In this document: in pieces, positions 27,010-36,790 of the stretch
Layout: each line of letters starts with the position of its first letter
Numbering within the stretch: position 1 is the first letter of the stretch
DNA from: Candidatus Thorarchaeota archaeon SMTZ1-45
GTDB lineage: Archaea; Asgardarchaeota; Thorarchaeia; Thorarchaeales; Thorarchaeaceae
Length of the DNA: 40,882 nucleotides
Reading direction: 5' to 3'
Assembly: GCA_001563335.1 (NCBI GenBank)
Contig: LRSL01000082.1
Coordinates: 1 to 40,882 of the forward strand
Notes under the pieces: model-generated
Databases searched by the model: none
What the model was told of the DNA's origin: nothing
The model's input: the letters and a program-made list of their open reading frames with translations, nothing else
Translations under genes and position numbers: made by a program

Positions 27010-28585
27010 GAAAATCAAATGCATCAATCGCAAGGAAAACAGCACGAAATGCATAGATTCTGAAAGTGTATGTGGCGACTCCATTTTCAGTTTCATCAAT
27101 TGCTAAGCGGAAAGTGGTTAATGCATCGCTACCAAACGCATTAAGAAATGAGGGTAGCGATTCTAAAGTAATCAAGCTCACTCCGTTCCCAAGTGTTAAT
27201 GCAATATCATTCACTAATACATCGAAGTTTTCGTATACATTATCAGTTCGACTAAGAACATCAGTAGAGTTGCCTAATTCTCCGATTCTAATACTCCAAG
27301 GAGAACCCATTCCAGCAATAGAACTTGAGTATGAATGGACCAAATATTCTCCAACATCACCATTCATTTCAAACGAAAATCGTGACCGGCTACACAAAAT
27401 GGATATTTGATTCCATTCTTGAATCGAATTAGAAGTAACTCCACAGAAACGCATGGCGATTGAGTCACTATCAATCAAATCATCCATCACAAATGTTTCA
27501 ACTATCAAGCCGGAGGAAATTCCAGCTTCTATAGTAGCGTCATAAAGCAAAGAGGAAGCATTCTCGATGCGGGTTATATCTGTTGAGTAAATTGAAGATC
27601 GAACCAGACCTCCAAACCCTACCAAGTCGAGATTTCTTGTCCTTAACATCAGAGCTTGCCATTCGGTTCTAGAAAGAGTCATATCAAAAAGAACAAACTC
27701 AGGTTCATTTGATATGTCTACTAATTCAACGTTCATTAGGTGATCTAGAGCATTTCTATGACTTTCATAGATATTTTCTATAAGCTCGGTTGTTGCTAAA
27801 GTCTGGGGATTGATTCCAACAAGAGAAGCCCGATCTGCACTTAAGGTGATAGAATAGGATAACTCAGTGTCATTTAGTACAAGCAACCAAGTTCGTAACT
27901 TTGACCAAGATGTCGAATCACTTTCAAGTACATGAAGATCCAATTGGTAACTGTTTGTAGAAAGATTCGCAAGCAACTGGGATGTAGGGGTTAAATCTTG
28001 ATACGGATATTCAAAGTCTGCTAATGGAACGCTAAATCTGATTTCAGGAGATGTGTTTACTGTTGGTGAAGCAATTGGATACTGTCCCATTAGGACAGTG
28101 GATATTGGGAATGCGAGGCCAAGTAAGTTTACAAGGATGAGATATACGACAGTCTTTTTTCCAGCAGCTCTCAGTTTCCCTCGTGGTCTAAACCGTCCCA
28201 TGATAAAGAGAGAAATCACTGCAGCTAGATTGAAGATGAGGCATATGATGAAACCTCGAACAAGCACAGAAAGCATCCCAAAAAATACTGTACATATTAC
28301 CAAAAATATGAAGTTCCATATAGCTAGTCGATCCCGATAATATGCTAGAATCATAATTGGTAGAAATATAATCATGGGCAGAATATAGAAAGCGATTGGC
28401 AGTGAATCGATAAAACCAACTCCATTCAGAGTCATGCTAAATGTAACAAAAATCAAAGTATAAAGTATCAAGATCATATTAACAATCAGAACACCAGTTA
28501 TGAAACGGTGAAGTAAAACATCATACTTCGGAATCGAAATTACACGCCGTCTAACACTTCTGCGAACCTCAAGAAGCTGACTCAT
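26999..28585 (-). CDS. Hypothetical membrane protein (about 5 N-terminal TM plus large soluble domain)
   Basis: Hydrophobic first ~165 aa followed by an acidic alpha/beta region. Confidence 0.7.
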   Translation of the reverse strand: MSQLLEVRRSVRRRVISIPKYDVLLHRFITGVLIVNMILILYTLIFVTFSMTLNGVGFIDSLPIAFYILPMIIFLPIMILAYYRDRLAIWNFIFLVICTVFFGMLSVLVRGFIICLIFNLAAVISLFIMGRFRPRGKLRAAGKKTVVYLILVNLLGLAFPISTVLMGQYPIASPTVNTSPEIRFSVPLADFEYPYQDLTPTSQLLANLSTNSYQLDLHVLESDSTSWSKLRTWLLVLNDTELSYSITLSADRASLVGINPQTLATTELIENIYESHRNALDHLMNVELVDISNEPEFVLFDMTLSRTEWQALMLRTRNLDLVGFGGLVRSSIYSTDITRIENASSLLYDATIEAGISSGLIVETFVMDDLIDSDSIAMRFCGVTSNSIQEWNQISILCSRSRFSFEMNGDVGEYLVHSYSSSIAGMGSPWSIRIGELGNSTDVLSRTDNVYENFDVLVNDIALTLGNGVSLITLESLPSFLNAFGSDALTTFRLAIDETENGVATYTFRIYAFRAVFLAIDAFDFLMF

Positions 28586-28685
28586 TATACTCCTTTGGAT
28601 TTCAAACTAGAATGCAAATAAGGTTGATGTGGTCAACTTTTAAGATAGCGTGATATCGGTTCAAGAATGTGAGTGATTCAGTAGA

Positions 28686-29891
28686 ATGTATGATGTCGTT
28701 GTGATTGGAGCAGGACCAGGTGGAACAACAGTATCTCGTGCCTTGGCAGAAATGGATCTGAGAGTATGCATGATCGACAAAGATACTTTCCCGCGTGACA
28801 AACCATGTGGTGGAGGTTTTTCGCGTGGGATCATTGATGAATTCCAGTATCTAAAACCAAGGGCGTCGGAATTCTTGAAAGGCATAGCTAGAGTTGGTGT
28901 ACTTCATTCTCCAAATAGGAAGATTGTCCTAGAAGGTAGAGTAGACATGGCTATGACACTACGCATAGATTTTGACAATGTCCTGTTTGAAGAAGCAGTA
29001 TCAGTAGGAGCAATAGCAATCACAGGAACAAGAGCGAAGCATGTAACTTTTCATAATGATGGAATAACTGTTGGACTCACTGGTGGTGGATCTGTCCAAG
29101 GAAAGGTTGTCATTGGGGCAGATGGTGTCAATAGTACGGTTGCTCGAGAAACTAAACTTAACCAACGTTGGCCAAGTTCAAGCATCACAGCATGTAGAGT
29201 CTGCGAGGTCCCAGTATCAAATCACGATATAATTGAAAGATATACTGAAGATCTGAAATACCACTTTTTTGCTAATCTTGGAGGATTACCAGGATATGGG
29301 TGGATATTTCCAAAACAGGAAACAATCAATGTTGGACTTGGAATTATAGCAACCCATGCTCGAGGTCTTCCTGAAGCATTCAATTCATTTGTTCATTACC
29401 TCAAGAAGAGAAATCTTCTGCCTATCGAATCAGACCTTAGCAGGGTAAGGGGAGCTTTAGTCCCCACATCAGGACCTATTATCCAGACAGTCAAGGATCG
29501 TTGCATACTTTTAGGAGACTCTGCAGGTCATGTGAATCCATTGACAGGTGGAGGAATTGTCTATGCTATGCGTGCCGCTCGGCATGCAGCTTATGTTGTT
29601 TCAAACGCCATAGAGATTGATGGTTTCGATGCCGCATCTCTTGGTAAATATCAGCAATTATGGAAATCTGATTTTGGTGACGATTTTAGAAAGCAGCTTC
29701 TGGCTCAGAAGATCTTCACTAGTCCATTTACAGATCTTCTCTTTCAAATAGGGAGTAAAGATAAGGTGATTCAAGAGATAGTATCTGATTCAATGGCAGA
29801 ATCGTCAGATGGAGAAATTGACGTGAAGAACCTAGCTTTCCGTACCCTATTGGTTTGTCTTCGTGAGGCTCTGAATCTCAAAGTTCATTGA
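28686..29891 (+). CDS. Geranylgeranyl reductase family FAD oxidoreductase
   Basis: YDVVVIGAGPGG, FPRDKPCGGG, IGADG, GYGWIFPK, LLGDSAGHVNPLTGGGI. Confidence 0.92.
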   Translation: MYDVVVIGAGPGGTTVSRALAEMDLRVCMIDKDTFPRDKPCGGGFSRGIIDEFQYLKPRASEFLKGIARVGVLHSPNRKIVLEGRVDMAMTLRIDFDNVLFEEAVSVGAIAITGTRAKHVTFHNDGITVGLTGGGSVQGKVVIGADGVNSTVARETKLNQRWPSSSITACRVCEVPVSNHDIIERYTEDLKYHFFANLGGLPGYGWIFPKQETINVGLGIIATHARGLPEAFNSFVHYLKKRNLLPIESDLSRVRGALVPTSGPIIQTVKDRCILLGDSAGHVNPLTGGGIVYAMRAARHAAYVVSNAIEIDGFDAASLGKYQQLWKSDFGDDFRKQLLAQKIFTSPFTDLLFQIGSKDKVIQEIVSDSMAESSDGEIDVKNLAFRTLLVCLREALNLKVH

Positions 29892-29979
29892 AAGAACAAT
29901 ATTCTGTTGGACAGAATAAAAACCATCCACTAACTATCGACCCAAGGTTTCATTATCCGGTCATTATTTATTTTCTCTT

Positions 29980-30549
29980 TCAATCAGTAGCACGCAGAAT
30001 ATCCGTCTGAAGATTCTCAATCAATGAATGAACTTCAGGTCGTCCAAGAAGTTTCCTGCGAGTCTCACTCAAGTTATTAATAACACAACCAATGCCTATT
30101 ACCTGTGCTCCAAGTTTCTCTACAACCTTTGACACTGCGAGAACTGATGTTCCAAGAATTAACCAATCGTCAATAATTACAACACGGTCACCTGGATCAA
30201 TTGAATCGGATACTAATGCTAACCGACGATCTGCAAACTTACTGGATGGTAGATACTCAACTGGGCGCTCATAATCCTCAGGAAGATATGCTATCGACCG
30301 AGCAGGGACTATACCACAACCAAGATAGTAGGCTATGGCACTTCCCAATGCTAAACCTCGTTGTTCAATTCCTATGACTTTGTTGGGCTTAAGCTCTACC
30401 AATGGCTTTGCTAAAGTAACCACAGCTTCATGAAAGATGTGTGGGTGTTCAAGCAGTCTACTGATGTCACATACTGCTTTTCCTGGTTCAGGCCAATCCT
30501 TTATTACGTCGACATATTCGCTGAAATCCACGTCCACTGTCCTTGCCAC
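29980..30549 (-). CDS. Adenine phosphoribosyltransferase-like type I PRTase (divergent)
   Basis: IKDWPEPG..DIS, GIEQRG, RVVIIDDWLILGTS PRPP-loop variant. Confidence 0.75.
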   Translation of the reverse strand: MARTVDVDFSEYVDVIKDWPEPGKAVCDISRLLEHPHIFHEAVVTLAKPLVELKPNKVIGIEQRGLALGSAIAYYLGCGIVPARSIAYLPEDYERPVEYLPSSKFADRRLALVSDSIDPGDRVVIIDDWLILGTSVLAVSKVVEKLGAQVIGIGCVINNLSETRRKLLGRPEVHSLIENLQTDILRATD

Positions 30550-30700
30550 CTGAGGTCAACTTTAGACGATGAAAGATTTTATTCTTTCTGTATCACTCAT
30601 AATAAAGAAGAATTGTGGTTGTGTTTGTACCTGCACACGAAACAGTTAAGATAACACAAAAGTCAATTCTTGATATTCATCGAGGAGATATCAAGCAGCA

Positions 30701-31966
30701 ATGATAATTCCGGGAACAACCATTTCACTCACTCTCGCACCCACTTATGTAGAAGTACGTGACAAAGGGATTATCAAAAAGAAGATACCACTAAAGGATA
30801 GATCCTTTGATGACATAGCTCTAGAGCTTCAAAAGTATATTCGATATCTTGGAAAAAGATTAGCTCCAGGAGTGCTTGAAGAAGTGCTAGAACGTATTGG
30901 ATTACCAAAGGCACGTAGAGTACTGAAGGAAGATGTCCTAGAAACTCCAAAGGAACCTGAACCAATATCAGAAACTGTTGAACCAATTGTTGAAGAAGTA
31001 ATTTCACCTCCTGAGAAGAAAAAGAGAAGATCCCGCAAACCAACACCTGACCAAGCAGCAACTTTTGTTGAAAGTCCGGGAGTTAGCGCTGATGAAAAGG
31101 GAGCGATTAGCGTCGATGATTTTGATGATATTGCAGACGCACTTCAAGTTGTTGAAGCTTTGAGTGATACTTTCATGACAGGTGAACCTATAGAGAAGCC
31201 TGTTGAGAAGAAAGCTGAGATAAGCATCAATCTCGCGGGTAGTGAAGAAATAATTGCATCTGGAAAATCATACGCTAGAGTTGGTGAAGTGTTAGAACCT
31301 GAAGAAGATGTTCCAGCTACCCATGAAATGATTGAACTCATTGCAGAAACTATTGAAGAGGAAGAAGAGCCAACACCTCAAGTGGTGCCAGCTCATCAGA
31401 TAAAACCCATAGTGGAATGCAAGGTTTTGCTGCTAGGCGAGGAGGGAGTTGGGAAGGAAAGCCTCAAATCTAAGGCAAATATTGTCCCAATTACTCATGA
31501 AGACGAATCTATCTCAGAGCATATCTTTGGTCGTATCATAGATGGTAGCAGTCATCGTGTCGATATGAGAGTATGGTCATTTGATCTTGCAGTAAAAGCA
31601 AAAGTACAAAGAAAGGAGTTCTATAAAAACTCACAGGTCTTGATAGTAGTCTACTCTGCGTCAGATAGGTGGAGTTTCGAGAGTATTGATTTTTGGTTGC
31701 GGGAAGCAACATTATCAACAGAAGAAATGCCACCCATTGTGATAGTTGCTAACAAGATTGACCTTCGGACTGAAATTGGTGAAGACTCTGGAGACGAACC
31801 AGTTGGATATGATGAAGGCTTTAAATTTGCAGAGGAATTAGCACAACGCTACGGAAAGGATGATGTCCTTCATCCTGTCGCATTTCTAGAAACATCATGT
31901 GTGACTGGTGAAGGTGTTGAAGAAGTCTTTACAACAGCAGCTCAATTGTTTGAAAACACGATATAA
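30701..31966 (+). CDS. Rab/Ras-like small GTPase domain with long acidic N-terminal extension
   Basis: KVLLLGEEGVGKES (G1), FYKNSQVLIVVYS, SFESIDFWL, VANKID (G4), ETSC (G5), GEGVEEVF; G3 DxxG absent. Confidence 0.85.
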   Translation: MIIPGTTISLTLAPTYVEVRDKGIIKKKIPLKDRSFDDIALELQKYIRYLGKRLAPGVLEEVLERIGLPKARRVLKEDVLETPKEPEPISETVEPIVEEVISPPEKKKRRSRKPTPDQAATFVESPGVSADEKGAISVDDFDDIADALQVVEALSDTFMTGEPIEKPVEKKAEISINLAGSEEIIASGKSYARVGEVLEPEEDVPATHEMIELIAETIEEEEEPTPQVVPAHQIKPIVECKVLLLGEEGVGKESLKSKANIVPITHEDESISEHIFGRIIDGSSHRVDMRVWSFDLAVKAKVQRKEFYKNSQVLIVVYSASDRWSFESIDFWLREATLSTEEMPPIVIVANKIDLRTEIGEDSGDEPVGYDEGFKFAEELAQRYGKDDVLHPVAFLETSCVTGEGVEEVFTTAAQLFENTI

Positions 31967-32078
31967 CATGAGGTTACTTAAGGGGGGCAACTGCAGAAAG
32001 CACTCAGAGAATTCATATAGTGGACAAACAATCATCGCAAAGCCATTCACTGAATATTTGATCTCCTAAACTTGAAAA

Positions 32079-32396
32079 GTGGTGGTTACGTCGGAAGATT
32101 ACTGTGAGAGTTGCGGCAAAGTAGTAGACCCAATAAAACCAGCTAAGAACCTCGAAGACACTTTTGCCAATGATACAAGAAAGAACCTCAATATCTGTAC
32201 AGATTGTTTCAAGAAGAGATTCAAAATCAGTTCCACTAAGAGAAGTGGTTATGGTGGCACAATTTATCAGCTTGAAGAAAGACCTCCACCACGCTTTGGT
32301 CTTGGAAGTGCATCCTACACATGTTTGAAATGCAACTGGGTAGCATGGAATGAAGTTGGTTTAGAAGTTCATATGCGTAAGAAACATGCGAACTGA
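32079..32396 (+). CDS. Small zinc-finger protein (CxxC-CxxC plus C2H2)
   Basis: CESC, CTDC, CLKC-x12-HMRKKH. Confidence 0.7.
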   Translation: MVVTSEDYCESCGKVVDPIKPAKNLEDTFANDTRKNLNICTDCFKKRFKISSTKRSGYGGTIYQLEERPPPRFGLGSASYTCLKCNWVAWNEVGLEVHMRKKHAN

Positions 32397-32398
32397 TA

Positions 32399-33040
32399 TC
32401 ATTGATTAACAGCGAAATGGCTGTGTTCTCGTACTATCTCATGACCTGATATTCGTAGTCCTTCAACTCTCCTTGCCGCACTCTCTAACATACCCATCCT
32501 GTAAGTTGCAGTTCGAGGACCAATTGCATGAAGCCATTCTAGGCTCGACATGTCTAGTCTTTCATGGACTGAGAAGTAGACTTTGAGGTCCTCTCCAATT
32601 GCTCGAGATCGTTCAAACATTGCAGCAGTCAATCCCAGACTTGGTGCTGCAAATCCGAGCAATACCCAGATGAAGATTAGTTGATCTGTGCTAAAATACT
32701 CATAGAAGAATACAAAACCAGTGAAGATGGGTTGTACCAAAGCAAGAATTACAAGAATCAATGATAGATGTTGAGTGACGTCATCACTGCCAAGTCCTGC
32801 AATCCCAATCACATCCTGATCCGGAGGATAGAGATAGACTAGTACCCCACCAGAAGCAATTCCAACAATGATTGATGAAAATGCAATGTATAAAGTATAG
32901 CTTATTGTACGGTCAGTCCAAACAGATTCGAAGCAAATGAATGATTGGACAACAAGTGAAATAGTCATGACAATAGCGCCAACTGCGAATCCTTGCCAGC
33001 TAAAAAATTCATACTTACGCGCCATTATCTCTTCAGACAA
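32399..33040 (-). CDS. Hypothetical 4-TM membrane protein
   Basis: Four hydrophobic helices and a soluble C-terminal tail; GAGGTG RBS. Confidence 0.7.
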   Translation of the reverse strand: MSEEIMARKYEFFSWQGFAVGAIVMTISLVVQSFICFESVWTDRTISYTLYIAFSSIIVGIASGGVLVYLYPPDQDVIGIAGLGSDDVTQHLSLILVILALVQPIFTGFVFFYEYFSTDQLIFIWVLLGFAAPSLGLTAAMFERSRAIGEDLKVYFSVHERLDMSSLEWLHAIGPRTATYRMGMLESAARRVEGLRISGHEIVREHSHFAVNQ

Positions 33041-33181
33041 TATTAGCTACACCTCTAACTATTCTATGACTAAATAAGTCACGAGAAGTCTTAAAGTTTC
33101 TGATGTTGTATAAGATAATTACATTATTTCTATTAATTACTAGTTGTTTCTACGCAGATTTTACTTACTTCGACATTATTA

Positions 33182-33967
33182 GTGCAATTTTTAGTACTTC
33201 GAAGGAGTCATTTATTAGCCTTCGAATTCAGCTATGCTATCGCGAGAAAGGCTTCGGAGTGGGTAGTATTGAATAATGATGTAATTGTTGATCTTAAGGA
33301 AGTCTCACGAATTTATACTATGGGTGAGATTGAAGTGCATGCTTTGAGAGGCGTGTCACTTAGAATAAAGAGAGGTAGCGCCATTGGGGTTATGGGGCCC
33401 TCGGGATCAGGAAAGACAACTCTCTTGAACTTGATTGGTGCACTTGATAGACCTACACATGGGAGTGTAGTGCTGGATGGTGTAGATATAACAAATATGG
33501 ACGAGGGTGAACTAACGAAAATTCGCCGGAACAAGATTAGTTACGTCTTTCAATTCTTTAACCTACTTCCTGTTCTTTCAGCTTATGAGAATGTGGAGCT
33601 CCCTCTGTTAATTGGTGGAGTGGATGAAGATGCAAGAAAAGACAGGGTGGACCATCTACTATCTCTTGTTGGTTTGACTGAGAGGGCTGATCATCGGCCA
33701 GATGAGTTGTCAGGCGGTGAACAACAGCGGGTGGCGATAGCGAGGGCACTTGCCAAACCTCCAGGTACCACAAGTTCAGTGGTTGTCCTGGCTGATGAGC
33801 CTACTGGAGATTTAGATTACAATACTGGGAAAGAGATCCTAGATATACTAGTGTCTCTGACTAAGGGTGAGGGTGGTACATTGATTACTGTGACCCATGA
33901 TCCTGAAGTTGGTGAGAAAATGGATCATGTTTATAGAATGAGAGACGGTCTGATAGAGAATCCATGA
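33182..33967 (+). CDS. ABC transporter ATP-binding protein (LolD/MacB type)
   Basis: GPSGSGKTT, FQFFNLL, LSGGEQQRVAIARAL, LADEPTGDLD, VTHD. True start probably TTG at 33269. Confidence 0.95.
   Translation: MQFLVLRRSHLLAFEFSYAIARKASEWVVLNNDVIVDLKEVSRIYTMGEIEVHALRGVSLRIKRGSAIGVMGPSGSGKTTLLNLIGALDRPTHGSVVLDGVDITNMDEGELTKIRRNKISYVFQFFNLLPVLSAYENVELPLLIGGVDEDARKDRVDHLLSLVGLTERADHRPDELSGGEQQRVAIARALAKPPGTTSSVVVLADEPTGDLDYNTGKEILDILVSLTKGEGGTLITVTHDPEVGEKMDHVYRMRDGLIENP
33198..33226. promoter_or_regulatory. Inverted repeat flanking a TATA-like box upstream of the ABC operon
   Basis: TTCGAAGG-agtcaTTTATTAg-CCTTCGAA; perfect 8-bp arms with 13-nt spacer. Confidence 0.45.
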
Positions 33968-33982
33968 GGGAGGCAAGGAGTT

Positions 33983-36790
33983 ATGGCTGCTGTACCTACG
34001 GGCTATGAAGCATTCCATAGTTTGCGACGGAAGGGAGTCACTCTACTCTGTTTTCTACTTGCCTCTGCAATGGCAATGGGAATTACTGTGTACGTTGATT
34101 CATACTCTGTCCATGAGTGGGACAATAATATGGCCAGTGTCGGACAGATTGCGATGTTTGCTGAGGGAGAAGGTGTCGAGAATTATGTAAATGGTATCAG
34201 AAACATCGATGGTGTAACAAAGGCTGCTGCACTTCAGAGGTCTACTGGATATCTTGAGTACTGGGTCAATGATAGCTATGGGGGTTGGATAGACTCCATT
34301 TATGGTGACATCATAGCACCAGACCAAGTGTTCTTGGACACGTTTCCAGAATACATTACGCTTGTTGATGGAGTATTTCCTGAAGACAATAGTTCACAGA
34401 TTGCTATCATCGATTTTCTTGTCAGATATTATGGATTAAAGATTGGAGATGTTGTCAATTTCACCGCATATTGGGATGTAGGATTGCAAGAGGTAGAAAT
34501 CATAGGTATCTACAAACAAGGCGGTGAAGAGTCCTTTAACCAATACTATTGGGCTTTTGAAAGCATAGCCATTGTAAATCCAGAAATAATGGACTATTCC
34601 GATTACAAAGTGTATATTGACATAGATAGAACTCGAGCTACGCCTTTCGACGCAGGTGGTTCTCTTTCGTATGTCAATGGAATAGGGCAAGCGATAAGAG
34701 AATTAGATCCCTACTATGACCCACTGTATCCATGGAGTTCTCATTTTTGGATTTCCAACTTTATTGCAGACGCAATCAATGACTACATCTATTGGATCCA
34801 AATAGCAAGGATCAGTCAATTAATGCGGTCCTCAGGAATCATTGTACTCATAGTGTTTGTAACATTCCTAGCTATAAGACATAATGTTAATGAGAGAAGA
34901 TACGAAGCTTCAGTATTGTATTCACGTGGTGCGTCCACTGGAGACCTTGACAAGATAGTAAACCGAGAAATCATCGTACTTTCCATATTGTCATGCATTT
35001 TCGGCATAGTGGCAGGAATTCTAGTTAGTAGAATAGCAATATCGTCAACTGGATATTTTCAGTTCGATTTTCAATTGATGATATCGGAACCACTTCTTGT
35101 TTCTATTGAATCATTGATGATGTCCGCCGCTGTTGGAGTGCTCTTGCCTTTGTTTACACTTGGAGGATATCGAGTTGTTTACTCAACCAAGAGATCAGTT
35201 GATGAAAACACTGGAAAAATAGCAAAGCTCGTAAGAGGATTCAATTTCATCAGGTGGGATCTATTAGTGGTCGTGATTGCAGCTCTACTACTTATTACCC
35301 TCACGACAGGAGGGGCATCTGTCAGTACTGACCCGATTCTTGGTTTAATCCTTCCTATTGTTCCACTACCACTCTTTCTTGGAGTAGCTAGTCTCTCTAT
35401 CAAGATATTGAGACGTGGAGCGACTGTCATCTCGAAATATATGTCAAGAATAGTAGGTCAAATCTCAGCATCGATTGGTATTCGAAGGATTGGTAAAGGA
35501 GCATCTTCTGGAGGTGCTGCGGCCATGGTCTTGGTTCTAGCGATTTGCCTCTCATGGAACAGTGCAGTCATTGATGCATCTCTACCAGTGACAGTTGAAT
35601 ATCAATCCAGATTAAGTGTTGGAGCAGATCTCTGTTTCGCACTTGATGAATCGCAATACGCTCTCTGGGGTGATTTCATAACTAATGTTTCAAATCACGA
35701 CCAAGTTGTATCAGAAACCGTAGTTTCCGAGATTGAATTGTATCTTTCTAGTGGGTATGAGGGACGAAATACGTTTCTAGCAGTAGATCCAAGGGAATAT
35801 TCGGATATAGGGTATCATTACCTCGGTAACAGATTGAATGATTCCGAAATGTCGGAAATGATGGATTCACTTGCATCTATCCCAGATGGAGCAATAATCT
35901 CTTCAGATATTGCTACTGATTACAATTGGGAAGTTGGAGATGTTTTGCGTGCAACTCAGTATTATGAGGACTCAACTCCAATTTCGTTTAGAATTGTTGG
36001 AATTGTCAATTCTATTCCAGAGATGCCCGAAAGAGACCCATGGTTCTATTATTATGGTATGATTCCAATCACTCCATATCCATACTTTCCTGGATTCTAT
36101 CAAATTGTTGGCCAACAAAGGGTTCTTGTAAATCGAAACTATTTAGGCAATCATATCAACATTATCAATGAAACCTACTCATTTCTCTGTGTAGCAACAG
36201 TTGAAGGAGCAAATGCAACAAGTATTGCAAACGAACTATTAGAACAAGGAGGTCAGCAAGTTCTCTATGAGGACATCTGGGATTCAGTCGTAACAAGAAC
36301 TGATGAATATCTCAACCAAGTATCATATCATATGGATAGATCTGTAGACACAATGCTTACTGTCCTTACGATTGGTACGATTATGGGAGCATTTGCAGTT
36401 TATGCCTTAGAAGGAGTACGAGAACGAAGAAGGGAGATTGCTCTTCTTCGCTCGAATGGCGCTGATATTGGGCAAATTATAAGGGCACAAGGAGCTGAGA
36501 TGCTCGTATTAATGCTATTCAGTTTGGTGATCCTATTTGTCTATGGACCATTGTACCTAACAACATCAATAGCTTCATCATCGAGTGGTATGGCTTCTTG
36601 GTATACAATATATCCAGTGGCGATATTTCCTGTTATTCCATGGGTCACTATACTTGAGGTCCTTGCGTTTTTCGTGGTTTCAGTAGTCATTTTCATTGGC
36701 ATTGCTGCTGTTTTTGGATCACGGATTAATCTTGCATCTACCTTGAATGCGACTTGGGCTGAAGCTGCACCATATGGAGGTGACGTGTAG
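33983..36790 (+). CDS. ABC transporter permease (FtsX/MacB type, duplicated)
   Basis: ERRYEASVLYSRGA and ERRREIALLRSNGA FtsX motifs; two large extracellular domains. Confidence 0.88.
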   Translation: MAAVPTGYEAFHSLRRKGVTLLCFLLASAMAMGITVYVDSYSVHEWDNNMASVGQIAMFAEGEGVENYVNGIRNIDGVTKAAALQRSTGYLEYWVNDSYGGWIDSIYGDIIAPDQVFLDTFPEYITLVDGVFPEDNSSQIAIIDFLVRYYGLKIGDVVNFTAYWDVGLQEVEIIGIYKQGGEESFNQYYWAFESIAIVNPEIMDYSDYKVYIDIDRTRATPFDAGGSLSYVNGIGQAIRELDPYYDPLYPWSSHFWISNFIADAINDYIYWIQIARISQLMRSSGIIVLIVFVTFLAIRHNVNERRYEASVLYSRGASTGDLDKIVNREIIVLSILSCIFGIVAGILVSRIAISSTGYFQFDFQLMISEPLLVSIESLMMSAAVGVLLPLFTLGGYRVVYSTKRSVDENTGKIAKLVRGFNFIRWDLLVVVIAALLLITLTTGGASVSTDPILGLILPIVPLPLFLGVASLSIKILRRGATVISKYMSRIVGQISASIGIRRIGKGASSGGAAAMVLVLAICLSWNSAVIDASLPVTVEYQSRLSVGADLCFALDESQYALWGDFITNVSNHDQVVSETVVSEIELYLSSGYEGRNTFLAVDPREYSDIGYHYLGNRLNDSEMSEMMDSLASIPDGAIISSDIATDYNWEVGDVLRATQYYEDSTPISFRIVGIVNSIPEMPERDPWFYYYGMIPITPYPYFPGFYQIVGQQRVLVNRNYLGNHINIINETYSFLCVATVEGANATSIANELLEQGGQQVLYEDIWDSVVTRTDEYLNQVSYHMDRSVDTMLTVLTIGTIMGAFAVYALEGVRERRREIALLRSNGADIGQIIRAQGAEMLVLMLFSLVILFVYGPLYLTTSIASSSSGMASWYTIYPVAIFPVIPWVTILEVLAFFVVSVVIFIGIAAVFGSRINLASTLNATWAEAAPYGGDV

